A DNA stretch of 45,502 nt, taken from contig JAHQWW010000024.1 in assembly GCA_029856365.1 (NCBI GenBank), forward strand, positions 1 through 45,502. Reading direction: 5' to 3'. This document shows positions 38,282-45,502 of this stretch, piece after piece; the stretch's first letter is position 1; each line of letters starts with the position of its first letter. Position numbers and translations under genes: made by a program. A model generated the notes under the pieces. That model searched no databases. It worked only from the letters and a program-made list of their open reading frames with translations, and was not told where the DNA came from. This stretch comes from Candidatus Hodarchaeota archaeon. GTDB lineage: Archaea; Asgardarchaeota; Heimdallarchaeia; Hodarchaeales; Hodarchaeaceae.

Positions 38282-40234
38282 ATGGAAAAAGCTCTAATGG
38301 TTGATAACACGTTGGGAAAAAGATCTAAAACTAAACAGCAGTTCAAATTTATTTTCATGCTAATGATATTAATCGGATCACTGATTTTATTAATTTTGGA
38401 AATGTTTCCAACCACCTCTGATCGTATACAATTTCCACCACCAGATTATAAAGGTTATTTACCTTTAAGTACTGCTATAAATCAATCTAAATCATCTCGA
38501 GATCTTAGGAACTCTATAATTGAAAATAAAAGCATTTCTCAGTTAATGTGGGCTCTTCAAGGCGTAACACACGGCCCTCGTTTTCGAACTGTCCCATCTG
38601 CAGGTGCAACATATCCTTTGGAAATATTCATTGTCAGCAATGGAACATCTGCTCTAAAAAAAGGGTTGTACAATTATATTCCACAAGACCACCAGTTAAG
38701 ATGTGTTTCTTCTTCGTACAATTGGACAATATTACAATCTGCACTTTTTGGTGAAGATAGTGAGGCGGTATCAAACGTAAGTACTGTTTTTTTTATTTTT
38801 GCTGATTATGCTCGTACTACATTCAGATATGGTGATAGAGGAGTTCAATACGTACATCTGGAAGTAGGACACGCTATTCAAAATTTTCTTTTACAATTGG
38901 TTTCCCTGAATTTAAATACAAGAATGATTGCAAATTTTAATTCACATAAAATTCAGAATTTTCTAAATACAAAGCTAGAGCCTATGGTAGTACTACCCGT
39001 TGGTGTCAATGGAGGTTCTGATTCTCCTTTAATTAAACTCAAACAACTTAGTTTTAGTAACACAGAAGAAATGACTGTTGAGGAAGCCATTGCAAAACGT
39101 CAATCTGTGAGAGATTATCTAACTGGGAAAATTCCCCTCTCAGTAGTCTTAGATGTGTTGGAGGATAGCATCACAATTCCTCATATTGTTGGAAATAATT
39201 CTCAGCTCGACCTCCGTTTAGTAGTTAATGATATAGATGGATTGCCAATCGGTTCATACCGGTATTTCTTAGAGAATAATTCTTTATATCAATTATATCA
39301 AGGAGACTTGCGATCTTCCATCACGGAAACATATAGGATTTCAGGACAACCATGTGTTGTGGCAGCTCAATTAGATATTGTTATCTCGGTTGATACAGCT
39401 TGGATAAATCAACAGATTGATTTAAATCTTTATCATAGGATAATGATGTTTAATATCGGCATGATAGCTCAAAATATCTATCTTAAATGTGCTGTTAATG
39501 GCCTAGGGACAGTAGTCATAGGTGCTTTTTCAGGAAGTGGGTCAGCTCAGCTGTTAGATATTCCAAGTAGATATACTCCCATCTATCTCATACCTATTGG
39601 TCTGACACTCGAATATTTTGAAGAACCAACGGGCCTTCAACTTTCGTTATCAGAAATGGCAAGGTTAACAGGACTCTTGTTATATGTTCTCTTCTTTATT
39701 AGCCTATATCTCTCCCTGCCTATGCTAAGAAAACGTGTGAAAAAGAAAATACGTTGGTTACATTGCATATTTGGCATTGTCGCCTTTATAGGAGGGATTT
39801 TTCATTATATGGTTATCCACGGTCATGTTTACAATCTTTGGGAATTTCTAAATGTAACTTCTTATTTTAATGCTCTGAGTTACTTTATATTCAACATTTT
39901 TTTATTTCCAGAGACTCAAGTTGATGTAGGGATGCTCATGGCATACCTAACTGTATGTTTTGGAACCATTGCTGTCATTACTGGGGCTGTGTTTGCTTTC
40001 AAGCTGGTTAACCGAAGAACAATTCTTCGAACAATTCACAAATATTTTATCTTCTTCACACTAGTCTTTGCGATTATTCATAACATATTAAATGGAGTAA
40101 TTTTTGCAACTGAACCTTTTATTTTTCTTTTACTTAATATAATGGCTATAGATCTATATTTTGTATTGTACATCTCTCCTGATTTAGCTAAAGACATCTT
40201 TAAAAAGAAGGAAAGGATATCTGTCATCGAATAA
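38282..40234 (+). CDS. Signal anchor + tandem SagB/ThcOx-type nitroreductase domains + putative di-heme cytochrome b (ferric-reductase-like) TM domain
   Basis: RTVPSAGATYPLE, EVGHAIQN; KRQSVRDY, GMIAQN..GLGTVVIGAF; H494-x13-H508 and H586-x13-H600 in TM helices. Confidence 0.85.
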   Translation: MEKALMVDNTLGKRSKTKQQFKFIFMLMILIGSLILLILEMFPTTSDRIQFPPPDYKGYLPLSTAINQSKSSRDLRNSIIENKSISQLMWALQGVTHGPRFRTVPSAGATYPLEIFIVSNGTSALKKGLYNYIPQDHQLRCVSSSYNWTILQSALFGEDSEAVSNVSTVFFIFADYARTTFRYGDRGVQYVHLEVGHAIQNFLLQLVSLNLNTRMIANFNSHKIQNFLNTKLEPMVVLPVGVNGGSDSPLIKLKQLSFSNTEEMTVEEAIAKRQSVRDYLTGKIPLSVVLDVLEDSITIPHIVGNNSQLDLRLVVNDIDGLPIGSYRYFLENNSLYQLYQGDLRSSITETYRISGQPCVVAAQLDIVISVDTAWINQQIDLNLYHRIMMFNIGMIAQNIYLKCAVNGLGTVVIGAFSGSGSAQLLDIPSRYTPIYLIPIGLTLEYFEEPTGLQLSLSEMARLTGLLLYVLFFISLYLSLPMLRKRVKKKIRWLHCIFGIVAFIGGIFHYMVIHGHVYNLWEFLNVTSYFNALSYFIFNIFLFPETQVDVGMLMAYLTVCFGTIAVITGAVFAFKLVNRRTILRTIHKYFIFFTLVFAIIHNILNGVIFATEPFIFLLLNIMAIDLYFVLYISPDLAKDIFKKKERISVIE

Positions 40235-40237
40235 GAG

Positions 40238-41176
40238 GTGCCGAAAAAGGAGCTAGCTATTATGACTCGTTCTTCAAGAAAATGTATTGCGATATGTTGC
40301 CACGGATTTCTAGGCGAACCTGGAATGCTAAAAGAAATTGAGGCAACTCTTAATGAAGATCCTTTTGATCAGATATATGATCTTGTGTCTAATCTGTCTT
40401 ATTATAGTTCAAAGTATGGTATTAATTTTACACAGCCTTACGATCTGAAAACTCCGATTTTTAAGAATGACTCCAACCAATCGCTTGCTTATCATTTTTT
40501 TCTACAAATATGTTCAATTATCAAAGATTATAATGAAGAAGTAGACTTAGACATTTATGCTCATTCCATGGGCGGATTAGTAACGCGAAGCATGATAAAA
40601 TATCTATCAGAGGAAAAAAATAACAGTGTTTGGATAAAAAATGGATTAATCAGGAATATATTCTTATTAGGAACTCCTAATCATGGTACTAGACTAGCAC
40701 AACATGCAATAAATATTCCTGTTGATATTTTGATGACAGGAATGAATATCCTACTTGAACTTCCTGATGAGGTTACCTCTGAAGATTTGCAAATACTTAA
40801 TTCTCAGTTTATACAGATGATACCGAATTCATTTTTCCTTAAACGACTCAATCAACCTTCAAAAAATCTTGAAGAATCAATCAATTGGATTACAGTAAGG
40901 GGATTGAGGTGGATTGGGCAGCTTGGATGGTTACCAATGGTGTGGCAACCATTTCTCTTTAGAAAGTTCTGGATTGATCGTCATTTTCCATTCTTGCATG
41001 TTGGGGTCATTCCTAACGATGGATTAGTGGATGCTAGCCGCGTCCCTCTGAAATATGCAACCAATCTAACTGTCCCTAGTGCTACTCATATGAGTCTTCT
41101 TTATTGGAAGAGTAAAAAGTCAGGAAAACTAGTTTTAAAACTACTTAAACCAATAATTCTTGATAGAAAAATTTAA
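40238..41176 (+). CDS. Lipase/esterase-like alpha/beta hydrolase (PGAP1/DUF676-like)
   Basis: CHGFLG, AHSMGGLVTR, LGTPNHGT, NDGLV, ATH. Confidence 0.88.
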   Translation: MPKKELAIMTRSSRKCIAICCHGFLGEPGMLKEIEATLNEDPFDQIYDLVSNLSYYSSKYGINFTQPYDLKTPIFKNDSNQSLAYHFFLQICSIIKDYNEEVDLDIYAHSMGGLVTRSMIKYLSEEKNNSVWIKNGLIRNIFLLGTPNHGTRLAQHAINIPVDILMTGMNILLELPDEVTSEDLQILNSQFIQMIPNSFFLKRLNQPSKNLEESINWITVRGLRWIGQLGWLPMVWQPFLFRKFWIDRHFPFLHVGVIPNDGLVDASRVPLKYATNLTVPSATHMSLLYWKSKKSGKLVLKLLKPIILDRKI

Positions 41177-41340
41177 CCATCTCTGTTTTCTTAACTAACA
41201 GTAATATAGAAATTGACTAGATGAACAACTTTTATTTTTAATAAGAGAACCTCAAAAATATACCTGAAAATACACTAAAGAAAGCTCCAACAACACTTTT
41301 TTTGCCTAACTACAAAAAAGGAAACTAGGAAGAAACAAAT

Positions 41341-42414
41341 ATGAAAATAAACATTGAATCTTTTCCTGAAACAGAGCTAAAACAAAAATATTCCTCAGAA
41401 GACAACTTAGGTTTTGGAAAAATATTTACTGATAGAATGTTAGTCATAGAGTATAAAAATGGTGCCTGGGAAGACCCAACGATAAAAAAATATTCACCGA
41501 TCACACTTGATCCCTCTGCTATCGTTTTACATTATGCCCAAGAAATATTTGAAGGGCAAAAAGCTTTTAGCACTCCAGATGGACAAATTAATTTGTTTCG
41601 TCCAGATCGTAATGCTGCTCGCTTTAATTCTTCCGCTAGACGGATGATGATGCCAGAAGTAGATCCAGAAATATACTTGACTGGATTAAAAGAGCTAATA
41701 AAACTCGAGAAAGATTGGGCTCCAAAATCTCCTGGTACCTCATTATACATAAGGCCAACAATGATTGGAATTGAACCAGGTTTGGGTGTACGGCCCTCCA
41801 CTGATTATCTCTTCTATATCATACTCTCACCCTCTGGACCATATTTTCCTGAGGGGTTTCAGTGTGTCAAAATATTTGTCAGCGAATTCTATATTCGAGC
41901 TGCTCCTGGTGGTACCGGTAGTGCAAAAACAGGAGGCAATTATGCAGCTAGCTTGTTAGTGGGTGGTGAAGCTGAAAACTATGGTTGTAGCCAAGTACTA
42001 TGGCTTGATGCTATTCATAAGAAGTATGTTGAAGAAGTTGGTGCTAGTAACATCTTTTTTGTTTATGATGATGTCATTTACACGGCACCTTTGACCTCTG
42101 GAACGGTATTACCAGGAGTAACTAGGGATAGTACAATTCAATTAGCGAAAGACGGGGGAATGACGTTAAAAGAAGAAGCTCTTTCAATAGATGAAGTCAT
42201 TGAAGGTATATACAGTGGAAAAACATCTGAAGTATTTATGAGTGGGACTGCTGCCTCAATTGCACCTGTTGGAAGTCTTTATTATCAAAACAAAGAACAT
42301 ATTATAAACAACTTTGAGATCGGTGATATTTCAAAAAAGCTTTATAGACAACTAACTGATATTCAATATGGGAAGGTGGAGGATCCTTATGGATGGATTG
42401 TCAGAGTAATGTGA
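41341..42414 (+). CDS. ilvE: Branched-chain amino acid aminotransferase
   Basis: LHYAQEIFEGQKA, LFRP, LYIRP, AKTGGNYAASL, EEVGASNIFF, LPGVTRDS, SGTAA. Confidence 0.96.
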   Translation: MKINIESFPETELKQKYSSEDNLGFGKIFTDRMLVIEYKNGAWEDPTIKKYSPITLDPSAIVLHYAQEIFEGQKAFSTPDGQINLFRPDRNAARFNSSARRMMMPEVDPEIYLTGLKELIKLEKDWAPKSPGTSLYIRPTMIGIEPGLGVRPSTDYLFYIILSPSGPYFPEGFQCVKIFVSEFYIRAAPGGTGSAKTGGNYAASLLVGGEAENYGCSQVLWLDAIHKKYVEEVGASNIFFVYDDVIYTAPLTSGTVLPGVTRDSTIQLAKDGGMTLKEEALSIDEVIEGIYSGKTSEVFMSGTAASIAPVGSLYYQNKEHIINNFEIGDISKKLYRQLTDIQYGKVEDPYGWIVRVM

Positions 42415-42514
42415 TATCGTTTCAATCATATATCTACTCTAAAGAAGCTTCTTGTAAGAGAAGTTTTCACAGCTATAACCTAAAATCCTTTATATTTGTA
42501 TTATCTTTAAACAA

Positions 42515-43177
42515 GTGATCAGTATGACCAGTACATTTATAGAATCCAATCCTGATGAATTATGGATAATTCGTCGAGGGAATAAGCTACAGAGTGTTTT
42601 TTTTGTGATAATGGGTTTTTTCTTTCAACTATTGTTTGTATGGGCTTATTGGAGTTTTTTGGATGCAACTGGGCCTTGGGCGTTCTTTTGGCTTGGTTTG
42701 ATAAATAGTGATTATTTTCCTTTTACTTCACTGTTATTCTTATTTGGTGGAGGCTGTTTTTTGATTGCTATAAAGGAAGGAGTTTGGATTGAAAGTTGGA
42801 TTATTAAGAAGGAATTATCTACGAAAACACCAGGGGTACAAAAGCAATGGCAGCTCTTCAAGTGGTCTAGGGTGAAAACTTTTCCAAAAGATCAAATTCG
42901 ATCAGTTAGGGTTCACACAATTCCTTTAGACACTTTGAAACTCTTTAATCGTTATCAGCTTGAAGTAGATTGTCAAGGTACTCTTCACTCACCTATAGAA
43001 ACTCATGTCCTTTATTCAGATGATAGTGAATTAGCAGGTGCTACAATAATACGATTGGCAGACCAAATTCAGGAGATTTTAAATCTAATCGAAGGGGTCG
43101 AGAGGACAGAGGCTCCATATCCGACCCTAGAAAGATCTAAGAATTTCAAAGAAAAAAAAGATGAAACACAAGAATGA
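42515..43177 (+). CDS. Hypothetical membrane protein (2 TM plus a soluble beta-rich domain)
   Basis: Hydrophobic N-terminal segments; no recognised motif. Confidence 0.65.
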   Translation: MISMTSTFIESNPDELWIIRRGNKLQSVFFVIMGFFFQLLFVWAYWSFLDATGPWAFFWLGLINSDYFPFTSLLFLFGGGCFLIAIKEGVWIESWIIKKELSTKTPGVQKQWQLFKWSRVKTFPKDQIRSVRVHTIPLDTLKLFNRYQLEVDCQGTLHSPIETHVLYSDDSELAGATIIRLADQIQEILNLIEGVERTEAPYPTLERSKNFKEKKDETQE

Positions 43178-43191
43178 AATTCAATCTTGTA

Positions 43192-44634
43192 TTAGAAATA
43201 TTGGGTAGGGTCTCGCATACCTCGTTTTCTTCGATCTCGAGCAGCTAAAGTTTTGAATTCAGTACGAAGCTCTGTGGGGAGACGACTTGGTTTTTTGTAA
43301 CCTTCAATAGTATCTTTTGCATAAGAATAAAGGAAAGAACGGAAAGCCACTTTCATGGGCATAGTAACAACATTATAGGGTAAACTTCCTAGAAAGAGGA
43401 ATATGAAAGCAAATAGAATACCAAATCCGATATCTCGGCTAACTGCAAATCCCAAGCCAAATCCAGCCAAGATCCATATTAGAGAATTGATTATAGCGAA
43501 GATGAAAGTTGTAAGTCCAAATCCTGACTCTCCTACTAATACATCCAATAATGAATTCCAAGTTGTTTTTGCTGAATCCTTAATAGAATCTTTTAAACCT
43601 CGTTTATTCTGAACTATTGATATTAACGTAAAATAATTCATAAACATCCAGATCGCGCCAAGAATTGAAATAAATAAACCTGCAATGGCACCACCAATAA
43701 TTCCAGCGATGATTGCCCCACCGCCATATTGTCTGTCAGTAGCTCTTGCTTGGCTTCTTCCTGCTGATGTAACTATTTGCATAATCATCTTAACAGTCGC
43801 CATTGCAAAAGCAAATTTGATGATTATAGGAAACACTTGACGCACATCTTTCATCGCAGAGTTCAAGTCTGGATCCAAACCTCGATACCAATCACTAGCA
43901 TAAGAAATTACACCAGCAGATAAACTGTAATATACCCCCAAATATACAATTAAGTAGATAAATTCAAATAAAATGGCAAAAATATAACCAGGGAGAGTAA
44001 GTTCGGTTTCACCCATAGAGTTCTGAACCGTAAAAAGACTAAGGATTTCTAGAAAACCAAAAAGCATGAAAAAACCTGTAATAATAGTATATATACCTAG
44101 AAGGATAGGCATCGCTATTACTGCTTTTTCATCCAGTACAAGTTTGGCAGAAAATTCTACAAATTGTCCAGAGCGTTTAATTAAAGTAAATTTCCAAATG
44201 ACAAAAATAAAGAATAAAGCACCAAGTCCTGCAATAATTAATGCGATTAAGACTGCTTCAGGATCATAAATAAAAACTAAAGCTCCAATTCCTATCATAA
44301 ATAGAGGAAAAAGAATACACACCGCAATTGTGACTTCTTGAGCAAGTTTACTCATAATCCAGACAATAACATATGCTAGTATGATTGTAATAAATAAAAA
44401 GATTGCAGCAAAAGCGAGTAAAAGTGGCAAAAAATCCATAGTAACTGGGATTACAATATAAAAGACCTCTGAAATAGACTCTAGTGTGTCAGCGTTTTCA
44501 GGGGCAAATATATAGTGGCCAAAAGAGTATGCTCCAAAAGTATAAAGAATTGCCACTATTACCAAATATAACCATGTTGGTATGCTAGAAAAATCAGTTT
44601 TTATGTCAGGTTTTCTATATCCAGATACACTCAA
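43192..44634 (-). CDS. Polytopic membrane protein, choline-transporter-like (CTL/SLC44)-like
   Basis: ~10 TM; segments resembling CTL conserved blocks (see findings). Confidence 0.55.
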   Translation of the reverse strand: MSVSGYRKPDIKTDFSSIPTWLYLVIVAILYTFGAYSFGHYIFAPENADTLESISEVFYIVIPVTMDFLPLLLAFAAIFLFITIILAYVIVWIMSKLAQEVTIAVCILFPLFMIGIGALVFIYDPEAVLIALIIAGLGALFFIFVIWKFTLIKRSGQFVEFSAKLVLDEKAVIAMPILLGIYTIITGFFMLFGFLEILSLFTVQNSMGETELTLPGYIFAILFEFIYLIVYLGVYYSLSAGVISYASDWYRGLDPDLNSAMKDVRQVFPIIIKFAFAMATVKMIMQIVTSAGRSQARATDRQYGGGAIIAGIIGGAIAGLFISILGAIWMFMNYFTLISIVQNKRGLKDSIKDSAKTTWNSLLDVLVGESGFGLTTFIFAIINSLIWILAGFGLGFAVSRDIGFGILFAFIFLFLGSLPYNVVTMPMKVAFRSFLYSYAKDTIEGYKKPSRLPTELRTEFKTLAARDRRKRGMRDPTQYF

Positions 44635-44799
44635 ATAAATTCACCATAAATAAATTAATTTGTCAGAATTTGTCATTTCACAATAAAAGGGGTCTGTTAA
44701 TTGGGTATTATCAAACTATTAAGGTGTTTTGATTTATTAAAAAAGATTATCCCTTGTTGGTAATTAAGCAGAATTCCTGTTTACATAGAAGCCCTTCAA

Positions 44800-45502
44800 T
44801 TAAGTAGCTTTAAACTTTATCATAGAGGAAACTGATACATCTAAGAATTTTTTCCCAAATGTTGTTGATAGGGCACATCTTCCACGTAAACCCGTACAAT
44901 GGCAGGGAGCCATAATTCTTATTGGATATTTCTTTAATTCTCGAACTGTAAATGATAGACGGTCGTGTGATGCATCATGGAGATGTAGACCACCAACAAT
45001 TCCAACTATTTTATTAGAATTGGTTAATTCTATTGTTTTAGCAACTGTGTTAACTATCCCTGCATGACAACATCCTGCAAGGATCACAACAGAATCATCA
45101 GCTAAATGAAAAATCAATGAAAGGTCGTCTATTAACTCATCTGGAATGGTTTTACCATCTTTTATTGTTGTGACATCTTTGAGTCTACCTGATAATACTT
45201 CATAATCATTTCTACGAGGAACTTCACCTGTTGTCATAATTGATTCAGTAAATTTATGAGATGTTGTCGTTGTTATTAGGGTAGCTTGTTTTTTGAGATC
45301 CTCTATCGACTCAAAGAATCCTTGAATTCCTAAATCAATCATTCTTCCTTTATCAATAAATATCTTAGGTGAAAGAGCCTGAGGATGACAAATGACAGGG
45401 ATTCGCTTCGTTTGTACAAGCACTTCTTTTAATCCCCCCACATGATCCCAATGGCCATGACTTAGAACTATTGCATCTATAATAGTAAGGTCCACTTCAA
45501 GT
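44800..45502 (-). CDS. MBL-fold metallo-hydrolase (COG1237-like); 5' end lies outside the window
   Basis: LSHGHWDHVGG, DDLSL, AGCCHAG, GGLHL, PCHCTG. Confidence 0.92.
   Translation of the reverse strand, partial: LEVDLTIIDAIVLSHGHWDHVGGLKEVLVQTKRIPVICHPQALSPKIFIDKGRMIDLGIQGFFESIEDLKKQATLITTTTSHKFTESIMTTGEVPRRNDYEVLSGRLKDVTTIKDGKTIPDELIDDLSLIFHLADDSVVILAGCCHAGIVNTVAKTIELTNSNKIVGIVGGLHLHDASHDRLSFTVRELKKYPIRIMAPCHCTGLRGRCALSTTFGKKFLDVSVSSMIKFKAT

Noticed and set aside
15067-44269. Remaining short overlapping ORFs in the track (e.g. 28538-29023, 33816-34118, 36518-36853, 41532-41801, 43403-43612)
   Set aside because: Overlap confident CDSs on the opposite strand or in another frame; no independent coding evidence
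1-45502. CRISPR array, tRNA/rRNA, transposase, integrase or provirus
   Set aside because: No regularly spaced repeats, cloverleafs or mobile-element motifs seen by eye; tRNAscan-SE, Infernal and CRISPR finders would be needed to exclude them formally

Overview
AT-rich, gene-dense archaeal chromosome segment of about 40 CDS. I recognised no rRNA, tRNA, CRISPR array, transposase or integrase. Archaeal-type IleRS, TrpRS, Lhr helicase and archaemetzincin, together with Roadblock-like, longin-like and stand-alone TIR proteins, point to an Asgard archaeon (inference; possibly Heimdallarchaeia/Hodarchaeales-like). Most of the window is housekeeping or peptide/amino-acid catabolism. The leading candidates for new biology are: (1) a 650-aa membrane protein (38282-40234) fusing an apparently extracytoplasmic, asymmetric tandem SagB-type nitroreductase to a C-terminal domain with two H-x13-H motifs, i.e. 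a putative single-chain trans-membrane flavocytochrome b; and (2) a locus at the left edge where a Glu/Leu/Phe/Val dehydrogenase lacking its catalytic Lys, a Cys-rich stand-alone TIR protein and a double-module HdrA-like protein (missed by the ORF track) lie divergent from a duplicated wHTH/Lrp-like regulator. Also noted: a CTL/SLC44-like transporter, a GDT1/TMEM165 protein with a 4-Cys loop, three candidate structured RNA elements and a two-gene decay scar. All family calls come from motif recognition by eye, with no database search.
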